DNA of 63,945 nt, filler included, from Piptocephalis cylindrospora (Eukaryota), in NCBI GenBank assembly GCA_003614145.1. It is 3 parts of 3 records of this genome, joined end to end, with 100 filler letters (N's around TTAATTAATTAA, not from the genome) between each part and the next. Parts side by side here need not be neighbours in the genome. Positions count along the whole stretch, not along the records: positions 1 to 22,581 come from KZ987798.1; 2 more parts are not named here. One strand, written 5' to 3'. Under the pieces are notes generated by a model that did not search any database, was not told the origin of the DNA, and saw only the letters and a program-made list of their open reading frames with translations. The translations under genes and the position numbers were made by a program. Positions 1 through 10,766 of this stretch are shown piece by piece (positions within the stretch are counted from its first letter, which is position 1; every line of letters begins with the position of its first letter).

Positions 1-6
1 GGGGGT

Positions 7-3000
7 GTGGAAGTGGAGAGGCTTCGAGGGATGTCCGGAGTCTGGTTTGGGAATGTCCTAGGTGAAAAGGGGCCTCGGGGCACCAAGAGGATCACTCGGA
101 CCCAATGGAGCGTGGATGATGGCTTGACCTGGAATTTTCTCGAGGGCCCCAAGCTTGATGTTCATGGTCAAGAAAGGGAGTGCTCTCGCGATTCAGCTGG
201 AGGTTGCTGGCTACATCTTCATGGACGTGGTTTGGAAGATAATGGGAAGGGCGAGGACGATGGGGTGTATGACGTGGCTTGGTCCGGTGGCTTGGTCATG
301 GGTATAGGGCATGTGAAAGGAAAGGATCAGGGTCTAGGTCCTCGAGAGGATGCTTCGACGTTCCTTTCCAAGAATGGGGGCAAAACTTGGACTGAGGTCC
401 TGGAGGGACCCCATCGATACAGCATTGGCGGGGGCGGTAGAGTTCTCGTGGCTGTAGGTCCCGAGGGAAAGCATCTTGTTTACTCCAAGGACGGGGGCTC
501 TAGTTGGGGTGGAAAATTCCAATGGTCCAGCCCTATCCATGTTTCCTCCCTCACAGGTGTTCCTGGAGGCAAGGGAGTTCGGTGGTTGGTTCAGGGAGTA
601 GAGGGAGATGGAGGTAGTTCGGGCGGGCGATGGGTCCTCTCTTATCTGGATATGACTTCCCTGACCTCTGGATCCTCCTGTCGTTCTGGGGACCTAGAGG
701 AGTGGGAGCCCACCATTGGAGAGCGATGTGTCCTGGGACAGAAGAAGCAGTACTGGAGGCCTCGGCTCGACCAGGCCATCTGTGACCTTGAAGGCTATGA
801 GGAGGGTAGGGAGGCCGAATCCGGGACATGTCCGTGCTCCGAAGTAGATTATGAGTGTGCTCCGGGTTGGTGGAGAGGGGAGGGAGGAGGATGTGAACGC
901 CGTGGGACCTTGGATCCCGATCGTCCAGATCCCTGCCCCAATGGTGCCACCTACCGAGGAAGAACAGGATGGGTTCCGATCCGGGGCAGTGTATGCCGTG
1001 GTGGCCTCACCTTGGAGGAGTGGAAAGAGTGGAGTTGTGCCGATGTTCCTGGGCTCTCGGCCCAGCTCACTCTCTTTTCTACCTCCACCACAGATCTTCT
1101 CTACTTTTCCAAGTCCTCCGCGGTCCTCATGCGCACTCAGGATGGCTCAGTATTTGCCAGTCGAGATGAAGGGGCCTCTTGGCAACTTGTCTCGGCCATC
1201 GAGACTTCTCAGTCTGCCGAGAAGGAGGGAGGAGGGAGTGTAGAGGAGATTGCTCACTTTGACGCCATTCTCTCTCATCCATACGATCCCTCCAGGGCCT
1301 ATCTCCTTCGTGGAGAAGGATCCAAGGTTCATTATCGGTCCGAGGATCATGGGATGACCCTGGAGAGGATGGAGGTTCCCGGATCCGTGTCCCGGTGGGT
1401 TGATGGTGTGGGCGCAGGCACCCTATCTTTCCACACCTCCCAGCCCGAATGGCTCCTCTATATGGCCTCTAGTGCCGGATGTGACAATTCTATGTCCAAG
1501 GAGGATTGCTACGGGGAGGTTCACGTGACCCGGGATGGTGGCAGGACCTGGGCCCTAGTTGGAAGCCACGTTCGACATTGCCGATGGGCGGCTTCGGCCA
1601 CCTTCCGTCCCCGAACACCTGACCTCATCATCTGTGAGCAATGGGGCCAAGTCTCCGGTTCTCAACCGTCAAAATCTACGGGCCAGGAAGAGCAAGGCCT
1701 TCACCTTGTCTACACTTCGGATGACCACCTTCCCCACCCGGGCGATCCTTCCCGAGACCGTAAGGTGGTCTTTGAGCGAATCGTAGGGTTTGTCATTGTC
1801 CAAGATTATCTCTTGGTTGCCGCTTATGATGATGGAGGAGGTCAAGGGTTAATCCTTAAGGTCTCCCGCGATGGGGAGGAATACGCTCAGGGCGTCTTCC
1901 CTTCAGGAGTGGACATTCGTCATTCGGCTTACACGGTCCTTGAATCTGTCGGAGAGAGCGTTCGACTCCACGTGACTGTCAATGGGGAGAAGGGCCAAGA
2001 GTACGGCTCGGTCCTGGTCTCTAACAGTAATGGCACTTACTATAGTGTGGCACTAGACCAGGTGAACCGGGACTCTCGGGGCTTTGTCGACTTTGAACGG
2101 GTGATCGGGCTGGATGGAATGGCCCTTGCTAACGTCCTGAGTGTTGGGGCTGGAAGGGGTGGAGATCGTGAGAAGGTCCTGGAAAGTAGGATGACCCATG
2201 ACAATGGGGCTAATTGGTTCCCTTTGACTCCGCCCGAACGAGATTCCCGTGGTCGTTTGTACCCCGGGTGCAACCAGAAAGGCCCTGGATGCCAGCTCCA
2301 TCTTCACTCCTACACGGAATTGGTGGACGCCGAGAACATCTTTTCGGCCTCCTCGGCCAAGGGTCTTTTGGTCGGAGTAGGAAATGTAGGGGCCTCCCTA
2401 GGTTCTCTGTCCTCCATTACCCCCTCTGACTCATTAGCCACCTTCCTTACCCGGGATGCTGGCAAGAGTTGGAAGGAAGTGAGGAAAGGGGCCTTCCATC
2501 ATGAGATCGGTGACCACGGGGCCCTTCTCATCCTCGCCCCGATGCACGAGCCCACCGACAAGGTCCTTTATAGTATTGATGGAGGGAAGCAATTTGAGGA
2601 ATTTTACATCACAGCCCCCGGAGAAAAGGTGTCAGTCAACCTCCTAACCACTGAGTCCAATTCTACCTCTCGGAGATTCTTACTTCTAGGCCAGGTGGTC
2701 ATGGAAGGCCGAGAAGTTGCGCCCGGGGAGCAGAGGCATTTGGTGATTCGACTGGACTTTTCCGGGGTCTCGGAACGACGGTGCCACTTGGACCCGGATC
2801 TCCCGGGGACGGATGATTTTGAAGTGTGGTCCCCCTCCTCGAACCTAGATGCCTCGGACGGCACGGATGAGACATGTCTCTTGGGCAAGGTGAGCACCTA
2901 CTGGAGGAAACGGGATGACCGAGCATGCTGGATGGGTAAGGATTTCATTTTCCCAGCTGAACGAGCTTCATCCCGTAATTGCTCCTGCACTCGGACGGAC

Positions 3001-3642
3001 TACGAATGTGATTACAATTATATTCTACGAGGCGCGGATAATGGAACTCTTGCCGGTTCCAGAACCGGAGAGTGCGTCTTGGCCGAGGGCCTGACCCCCA
3101 GACAGCCCCAGTGCATCGAAGGTCAAGAATCCTATCTGACCCCGACGGGCTATCGGAAAATCCCGTTGAATGGGTGCGCCGGAGGTAATGAACTAGATCG
3201 TATCGGCGCTGACCGTCTTCCCTGCCCTGGGTATTCGGGAGGAGGAGGTTCTGGATGGTTCTGGTTTGGCCTCCTGGCTCTGGGAGGAGGAGTATTTTTC
3301 TGGATGAAGAGAAGACGAGGGGGGTCCGGAGCCAGGAGGAGATCAGGAGGAGGAAGTTTCTCTGGGTTCAACCTTACAAAGGGCCTTGTTTGGCTTCGAA
3401 GAGTCAAGGATCAAGGAAGCAAGCTGTGGTCCAAAGCCGCAAGCTCTTACCTGCCTCTTCGGTCCTCAGGTATCCGTATTGGGGAAGGAAGGGATGGGGA
3501 GGACATGGACCTCTCAGACCTGGAGGAGTATGACATGTATGGTCTGGGAGGCGAGGATGCCCTACTGGGAGAGGAAGGGGGGGATGATGATGATGATGAG
3601 GATCTGAGCGGTGGGGGCTACCGTGGCCCACTAAGAATTTAA
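7..3642 (+). CDS. VPS10: Vacuolar sorting receptor Vps10/sortilin family, 5'-truncated by the window edge
   Basis: Repeated Asp-box/BNR motifs (SxDxGxTW), two Cys-rich 10CC modules (CVLG..YWR..C..CPCSEVDYEC; CLLG..YWRK..CSCTRTDYECDYNY), a TM helix (WFWFGLLALGGGVFFW) and an acidic cytosolic tail. Tandem Vps10 domains are typical of fungi. Confidence 0.95.
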   Translation: MEVERLRGMSGVWFGNVLGEKGPRGTKRITRTQWSVDDGLTWNFLEGPKLDVHGQERECSRDSAGGCWLHLHGRGLEDNGKGEDDGVYDVAWSGGLVMGIGHVKGKDQGLGPREDASTFLSKNGGKTWTEVLEGPHRYSIGGGGRVLVAVGPEGKHLVYSKDGGSSWGGKFQWSSPIHVSSLTGVPGGKGVRWLVQGVEGDGGSSGGRWVLSYLDMTSLTSGSSCRSGDLEEWEPTIGERCVLGQKKQYWRPRLDQAICDLEGYEEGREAESGTCPCSEVDYECAPGWWRGEGGGCERRGTLDPDRPDPCPNGATYRGRTGWVPIRGSVCRGGLTLEEWKEWSCADVPGLSAQLTLFSTSTTDLLYFSKSSAVLMRTQDGSVFASRDEGASWQLVSAIETSQSAEKEGGGSVEEIAHFDAILSHPYDPSRAYLLRGEGSKVHYRSEDHGMTLERMEVPGSVSRWVDGVGAGTLSFHTSQPEWLLYMASSAGCDNSMSKEDCYGEVHVTRDGGRTWALVGSHVRHCRWAASATFRPRTPDLIICEQWGQVSGSQPSKSTGQEEQGLHLVYTSDDHLPHPGDPSRDRKVVFERIVGFVIVQDYLLVAAYDDGGGQGLILKVSRDGEEYAQGVFPSGVDIRHSAYTVLESVGESVRLHVTVNGEKGQEYGSVLVSNSNGTYYSVALDQVNRDSRGFVDFERVIGLDGMALANVLSVGAGRGGDREKVLESRMTHDNGANWFPLTPPERDSRGRLYPGCNQKGPGCQLHLHSYTELVDAENIFSASSAKGLLVGVGNVGASLGSLSSITPSDSLATFLTRDAGKSWKEVRKGAFHHEIGDHGALLILAPMHEPTDKVLYSIDGGKQFEEFYITAPGEKVSVNLLTTESNSTSRRFLLLGQVVMEGREVAPGEQRHLVIRLDFSGVSERRCHLDPDLPGTDDFEVWSPSSNLDASDGTDETCLLGKVSTYWRKRDDRACWMGKDFIFPAERASSRNCSCTRTDYECDYNYILRGADNGTLAGSRTGECVLAEGLTPRQPQCIEGQESYLTPTGYRKIPLNGCAGGNELDRIGADRLPCPGYSGGGGSGWFWFGLLALGGGVFFWMKRRRGGSGARRRSGGGSFSGFNLTKGLVWLRRVKDQGSKLWSKAASSYLPLRSSGIRIGEGRDGEDMDLSDLEEYDMYGLGGEDALLGEEGGDDDDDEDLSGGGYRGPLRI

Positions 3643-3875
3643 GGATTAAGGATTAGCACATTGAGATATTGGGGGAAAGATATGGGAAAGATGAAAGGAA
3701 ATTGAATGATTAAAATAAAGTTCGGAAAACTGTCAATAATTCGACTACGAAATGATCATTGATCGTGGAAGCACACAATGACTGAAGGAACCGAGAGTGC
3801 ATTTACCACTACTCAATAGAAATGAGAGAGAAGCCTTTATTACGTTTTCAAGTGACCAGAAAAGGGTTCAAGAAT

Positions 3876-5321
3876 CTAAGCTTGCATGAACGCCGATACC
3901 TTCTTCACCAGACGATGAAACGAGCTTGGAGGATCGGCCTTGGGACGTGGATCCACCTGGATAACTGAGCCTCCTTTCTCCTGGGTCATCTGCCCAGGCA
4001 CTAAGACGGAGTTTTCATCCTCTTCCTCACCCTTTTCTTTCTTCATGGGCTGAGGAGTGCTGCTCAAAAGGCAAAAGGCACGACCCAGCCACTGGCCGCC
4101 CATCCAGGAATGATGAAGCCAGGTGCGCTGCTTGCACGAGTACTGAATACTGCATCGAGGGTCGTTCATACCTGTACAGTAGATGACTTCCGTAGAGTCA
4201 AACCGGGGGAAATAGACCTCGTCGACGAGGGAAGAGTGGGAGATGACCTTGTCATCTGCCACTTTACCCTTCCAATCATTATCATCCTTGACATAGGGGA
4301 CCATATCATCGGAAGAAATGCTGGGGATCCATGTCATGGGCCCTACGAGAGTAGCAGCCCAATCAGCAAAGAGGCGGTTGGAGATGATGGGTTGGGAATA
4401 GGTGTAAACGGCCCGAGGTTCCCACTTTACCAGATCTTTATTGATCTTAAGGGCAATGTAGACGTTGGCAGCTAGGGCAGCCCCAAGAGAGTGTCCGGTA
4501 ATGACCCATTGCATCCCCGGGATATCCTCGTACCGGGAGATAACCTCGTTGACCGCCTGCACCACCCCTTGCTCATTATGAATGAGGTGAACAGTGGCAT
4601 TTTGGAAGCCCGCGTGGAGACGACCTTCAGTGGGAGCCCCGGGATACAGGGTAGGGTCAGGGGGGAGATAGGTCCCATTGAGATCTCGAAGGAAGTTATC
4701 CGTATTGGCGGACCCTTCAAAGGCCAGAACAATGGTACGTTGCTCCTCATTGACAGCAACATAGAATAGAAGATCATCCAAAGGCCTCCAAACCTCGACG
4801 CGGAAGTTTCCGAGCTTCAGAGGGATGCTCTCGTTGACAGGGGGGGTGGCAGGGGGGATGGTAGGGGGGGCGGAGAGGTCCGGGGGAACTTGCACACCAG
4901 TCATGCCCCGAGCAGAATCCTCGTCGCAGTATGTGATGGCTGAGTACTCGGCAAAGCGATAGATAAATTCCTTTTCCCGCAGAGTAATATCATCACCGGG
5001 AGGCGGTAGGGGCCGTTGGGTGTTGGGTGCAGCTTGGGAAACGGAGCGGTAGTACTTCTGGAATGACTCAATCTTCTTCGGGGGAGAAGCGGCACGCTTC
5101 AAACGGAGGTACTTAGCATTGGGTCGAAAGTGTCTGACCGTTCGGGTGACTACATATGCGTTACAATAGGCCTTGCTAAAGAAATGTCGAATGCGGCTAA
5201 TAGCCGGGGGTAACTTCTCTCGAATAGAGTCCATCACGAAAAAAGGATCCGGACTAGCTTGCGACTGGAGCGACAGCCCAATCACAAGGAAAAAGGCAAG
5301 AAAGGGAAAGAGTGGCTTCAT
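3876..5321 (-). CDS. Secreted class 3 lipase (fungal triacylglycerol lipase)
   Basis: Signal peptide MKPLFPFLAFFLVIGLSLQSQA, pro-region with a KR site, IVLAFEGS, HAGF, ITGHSLGAA nucleophile elbow, DMVP (catalytic Asp) and a C-terminal His region. Confidence 0.92.
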   Translation of the reverse strand: MKPLFPFLAFFLVIGLSLQSQASPDPFFVMDSIREKLPPAISRIRHFFSKAYCNAYVVTRTVRHFRPNAKYLRLKRAASPPKKIESFQKYYRSVSQAAPNTQRPLPPPGDDITLREKEFIYRFAEYSAITYCDEDSARGMTGVQVPPDLSAPPTIPPATPPVNESIPLKLGNFRVEVWRPLDDLLFYVAVNEEQRTIVLAFEGSANTDNFLRDLNGTYLPPDPTLYPGAPTEGRLHAGFQNATVHLIHNEQGVVQAVNEVISRYEDIPGMQWVITGHSLGAALAANVYIALKINKDLVKWEPRAVYTYSQPIISNRLFADWAATLVGPMTWIPSISSDDMVPYVKDDNDWKGKVADDKVISHSSLVDEVYFPRFDSTEVIYCTGMNDPRCSIQYSCKQRTWLHHSWMGGQWLGRAFCLLSSTPQPMKKEKGEEEDENSVLVPGQMTQEKGGSVIQVDPRPKADPPSSFHRLVKKVSAFMQA

Positions 5322-5798
5322 GAAGAGTGAGAAACTGTGGATGAAAGCGAGGGGATGAATGAAGCTTTAAAGGCGATGGAGGCGGGCGGGAAATCGTGAA
5401 GAGTTGAGGGACAAGTGGGACCAAAAAAGCGCCAAAGAGGGATAGAGGTCTTATAGAATCGTAAACCAACTAGGGAGGAAAGGTGGCTGTGAAAGGAAGG
5501 AGAAATGGTTACGGTTTCGGCTGTGGCTGTTTGCTTCGCTCCTCGCATGTATCCCTTTAAATATGGACGGAGGCGGCGCTCTGATGTGCGGTTGGACATA
5601 GAAAAGTGCTTTTTGAAGTCCGACCACGAGGGCGGAGCTGGGCGCATCCCGCTAAAAATGCATTGGCCTTTCCATGCACCCTTTCTCGTTCAAGTCGAGC
5701 AGACCGATGCCTCCCATCCTCGAAGCTCAAAACTGGATGGTATTAAGCCAGGGCTGTGGATAGCTCATCTCTACCCTTTTTACCTTACCATATTCAAA

Positions 5799-6200
5799 AT
5801 GCTCCTCTCACGACCTCTTATCCATTTATGCTTTACGCTCTCAACCCTCGTACCTTACGCCGTTATTGCAATCCCTCTCAGGGACACCATCAGTCCGACC
5901 TGGGGAGCACCACTACCTCGTAACAATGATTCTCCTGCCCACGACTCCATTCCTCTACCCACAGAAAGCGCCTTGAAAGATGAGAGGATACGATGGAACG
6001 AAGACCTGGCCGCTTATGAAAAACCCCCACCTGATCCGCGCTTTGCTCCGCTCAAAGCCTTAACCTACTCCACCAACTCCACGACCCCACCTCCCACCTT
6101 CCTGGACCTCTATGGTCCGTCCAAGGAGCTCTACCGCCAACGTTCCCTGCCATTCCCTAGCGTTAAGGCAGCATTCTCTCACTTTCTCGAGAAAGAATGA
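5799..6200 (+). CDS. Small putative secreted orphan protein (133 aa)
   Basis: ATG at 5799 (caaaATG) inside ORF 5505-6200 gives a hydrophobic N-terminus (MLLSRPLIHLCFTLSTLVPYAVIA-IP). Pro-rich, no recognised domain. Confidence 0.55.
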   Translation: MLLSRPLIHLCFTLSTLVPYAVIAIPLRDTISPTWGAPLPRNNDSPAHDSIPLPTESALKDERIRWNEDLAAYEKPPPDPRFAPLKALTYSTNSTTPPPTFLDLYGPSKELYRQRSLPFPSVKAAFSHFLEKE

Positions 6201-6629
6201 TGATTGTTTGTCATTTGTCTGCCGGGAATGATGTAAGGAAATGGGGAACCGATGTTTACTGGGAAGGAATAAAGGCAATGTATTATGCCGCAATAAACAC
6301 TATCGATCAAACCCTCAATCGGTACATGAGATGGAAGGGGGCAGGGCGTGAAAGTTCTTAAACCTAGTAGATATCTATCCAGGACGAATAAAGACGATAT
6401 AGAGCTACGCCCATTCCAAACTATACCCAGAATGATAAAAAGGAAGATGCCCGGCGCTCACAGGGGATAGTACATTCCAAATCAAGGTAGCCTTCCCCTT
6501 TTCTCCCCTCGTCCGAATACCCATCTCGAAGAAAACTTTCCATTGTCCCTTACCTACCCATTTACTAGCTCGCCTTATCAGCTTTCATGAGCCATAACCA
6601 GATACAGTCTGGAAACCTAGCCAACAACC

Positions 6630-8664
6630 TTAGTTCACGGTGGATCTCTTCATCCGCTTTCTTTGGCCTTTACCAACCGTTTCACCTCCCATACGGATGG
6701 TAATGTCCTCTTTCTCCACTGTAGCATGGCTCGTCTTTCGTGCAATCTTCCTTTTGGGTTTCGCGCCCTTGTCACGAACAGGGGATGTCTCCACGCCCTG
6801 ATTGGGGGCCGCCTCTGAGGGGCTCATTACATCCACCTCAGCAGACTCCTTTAGCAAGGAGGATACCTCTACCTCTTTTCCGGTCTCTCCGGACGAAAAG
6901 TTCTCCGAAGAATCCTGATTCATGGTGGAGAGCTCCGCCTTCCCAGATGTTTGGTTGATCCCAAGATCCTTCGCAATACCCCGAATGACTCCAGTCTCCT
7001 TGGTCGCACCCTGGCCTATCCCAGGGGCATCTTCCTTTTCAGTTGCCTCTTGAGTTCCCTTCCCACCGCCCTTTCCCTTCGAAGCGGGGGCGGCGGTGGG
7101 AGAAGTGGAACGCTTCTTCTTGTTCTTTCCCCCACTCTCATTGGGTTTACTGCCAGGCGAACGTTTCTTAGGAGCATCCACCAGGGTACCAGGCACTCCC
7201 TGGCCTGTAGGACTGAAGGGATCCCTGGTTCCCCAGACACGGAGGCGACTGACCCCACCATCTGGGTAGATGACCATACGGACGTGGGTAAAGACCTTGC
7301 TCATGTGCTTCAGCTTAAATTCGTGCTCTTTGTTTCCCGAAAGGGATTCCCTATCCAGGATACGGAACCATGTTACCGTCCCATCTCCACCACCCTCTGT
7401 GGCTTTGACCTGGGCAAGGTTGTAGGGATCAAATGCCTTGGTACGGCAAGCGTACAGTTCAACGGTCTGAGGGAAATTTCCTTTGAAATGTGCTGTGTCA
7501 ACACAGACCCTTTCCAAGCGACCAGGGGCCCCGAGACGAAGAACAACCCAGTCGCTGTGTTTTGGCTCCCTGGACCTACGAGTTTCCCAACCATCCCCCA
7601 TGTTCTTCCCCTTGCTTGGGAGGATAAGATTATCCCCATGGCTAAAGTGTTGATTGGAGGCGGCCACCATCTTTCCTCCAAAACCGACACCCGCCAGGTC
7701 AATCACCGACCCCACACTATCATGAGCGGAGAAAAAGGAATGATGAGAAAATGAAATGAAAGGGGACTAAAGAAGGTTAGGCGCAGCAAGAGTCTTACGG
7801 AGGAAAGACGGGAGAAACATCCCCATAAACACGGAAACGAGCAACACCGCCATCAGGATAAATCTTGAGGCGTAGATGCGTGTATGCCATGTCCTTGAGA
7901 GAGGAATCAATGCCAAAGTAGTTATGAGAATTGGGCTCCAGAGGAGCCTTGGGGAGAATTTCCCTCCACTGTGCATCCAAGGAAAGGGAGATGAGCCGTT
8001 GATCTCGAAAATACACCACCACCCTTTAAATCGCCTCGTCCACTCTCCTTTCTTACCTGAGCACGGGGGCCTGGAGTTTCCTGAGTGCTAAAGGTGCCTT
8101 CTACCGAGGCAAAAGGAGCATGGTTTCCTTTAAAGTGGGCAGTGTCAATGTCAAAAGCTGAGATGATCCCGGCATATCCTAGACGAACGATAGTCCTAGA
8201 AGAGGAAGAGTGTGAATGGCGAATGTTAATGGTCATTTTATGACGATGATGATAAATCAAAGTAATTTACCAATCATAGCCAATATTATGGCGACGGGTC
8301 TCCCATCCATCCATCCAGGCTCCGTTATCAGTGAATTCCCCGGGACGAGATATGGCCTCCGTGGGCTTGAGGAGGTTATCAGCACCGGCAAAGAATTCAT
8401 CACTACATTCCAAAATAGTGGTTCCAAGAGAGCTTCTAGCCAAGTCTAAGGATAGAGTGGCATAATGATATGCAAATGAGCCAATAATTATACATAACGG
8501 ACTCACCAAGAGTGAACAGCCTTACCGATATGTCCCTCCAGAAGTTTCTCCACAGAGGCCAATTTGAGTGTACCAAGACTAATGGGAGGACTCGTGGCCG
8601 GGAGGAAGTGAGCCCGTCCCCCCTTGACGGGAGTTGGAGCAAGAGTACTTTGTTGATTTCCCAT
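6630..8664 (-). CDS. DAL2: Allantoicase, 5 exons (8664-8526, 8445-8271, 8195-8057, 7968-7799, 7716-6630; about 569 aa)
   Basis: Two allantoicase repeats (SDEFF..DGWETRRHN..DW; DTAHFKGN; YPDGGVARFRVYG; DGWETRRSR; YPDGGVSRLRVWG). The GT-AG introns keep the frame (1710 nt). Confidence 0.93.
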
Positions 8665-10270
8665 GGGGACGAGAAGAGAAGATGGGAAAGACGATGTTGC
8701 GGACGGTAAAGGAAAACGTGGAGAGCGAGCCTAAACAGAATTGCGCTGAGAATGAATGCAGGGAGCAATGAACAGGCAACAACTATGGCACGATGAAACG
8801 AGAGAGCTAGGAAAGGAAAGGAGAAAGGAAAGAAAGAACGGGGAAAGAGGTATGTGGGCGACTGGCGCACCCGGATCTGACCGTGAACAAGGCCTTTACA
8901 GCTACGCCTCATGGTAAAAAGACGCGATCTCCGCAGTGTGGCGTACGGTGTGGTGGAGTGCGTATACCTTGGTCAGGTCCAATGGGGTGCATGACTATGA
9001 GAGCGGACAATCTCCAAAGCGTGTACACTCCGCACACAGGCCAGCTTGTTCCATACTAGACTGGGGAAGCACCTTTTCTTATTATAGCTCTAAGTGCATG
9101 ACTATAGTACAGGTATCGTCCCAAATCAATCATCCATTCCGGGTCTAAAAAACTAAAATATTATCAGGCCGCATCCGCATTGATCGGTCTACTTCATGTG
9201 CTTTACAGGAGTAATATATTAAGATTTGTATATCCTATATTGTTTTTCCTGTTTCCTATAAAAGTTGATTAGCTGCTGTGGCTGATTACATTTACGTGAC
9301 TTAATAATTGATTAATAAAACCTTTATATTTGTTGGCGTTTACCTATTTATTTCGTTTGGTATGTCAGTACCAAACCACAAAAAGAAACGAGAGGGGACA
9401 AAAAGGATGAGGGAAAGAAAAAGGATGAAAAGATGGGATAGTCCTAGCATGATTCATCTTCCTGTCCTTTCCTATCTCCCATGCTCGTTCTCTTAGAGTC
9501 CTCCTTACCCACCCACACACTCCCTCTCCCATCCTCTATACAAAGTACAAGGTCATATCAGGATGACTTTTCCGTCCCTACAATATTCTCCCTCAGTAGG
9601 GTAGACTGCTAGATTTACGTGCCTTAATAATGCTAGTATCAAGACCGTAAAGACCAGGCCGCAAGGGAAAGAGGGCGGGAAGAGAAACAGTGTAGACCGA
9701 TGAAAAGATGGCTATCATTGCCCCCATTATCATTATTCCAGTATTTTATTTTCCGTTAATATGTATTCCAGTGAAATATACATATAACACGCAGGCTGGC
9801 TTAAAGGCGGGTATTGCGTTCGGATATCCACCAGCCTACTCCACCTGGAAAAAATATAATGATTTTACTACTACTATTACTCATATAAGAGCTCTTTATT
9901 ATGTCCCCTCTAGGCGTCACGTCATTATCATCCCGCATCTATGCATCTCACTATAACAACTTGAAGATGAGGAAAAGGCCTTTGGAACAGCCTTGGATAC
10001 CCTATCATTCCAATAATTCTGCCGCTTAAGATATCTGTTAGCGTACCTCTCCCAGAAAAAATTATCCGAGCGTATCATCCTAGTTGTTTAGCCTACTCAA
10101 TTGGTGTTCTAAAAGCTCGGAATGGTTCGAAATATAAAGCACCCCCAAAGCATCAAACAGTCACTATACAAATCGACTAAAAATATTCTCCAATATCATT
10201 ATTCATACATCAACCTACACAAGGAAGTGCCTTACATCCGGAAAAGAGGGTAACGGATGAATGAGCACAA

Positions 10271-10735
10271 CTAAGTGAGCCCTGGAAAGTGTGCGTGCAA
10301 TAGACCTGAAAGTTGCTTCAACTTGACAGGTTTGGTGAGGAAGGCGTCGACCCCGGCCTCGAAAGCCAGGGTCTGGTCCTTCTCCTGGGACAGACCAGTC
10401 AATGCCCAGATCTTCGTAAATCCCTCAGGCCCCTCCCCTCGAGCCTTCTCAATCCTCCGGATGTGTCGAGTAGCCGTATTCCCATCCATAACCGGCATCT
10501 GAATGTCCATCAAAACCACATCGTACCTCCTCTTCGCATATGCCGCCACTCCCTCCGCCCCATCCACCGCCTCATCGTACGGGATCCCACGCCGGGAGAG
10601 AAAGGTGGTCAGGATCATCCGATTCACCCCATTATCCTCCACGATCAGTGCCCTTGGGGTAGTATTCGTCGAGGACGGCTTAATCGGCGTGCTTGGGAGG
10701 GACATGGCCTTGACCACACCCGCCCTCCCTAATTT

Positions 10736-10766
<31 letters not shown>

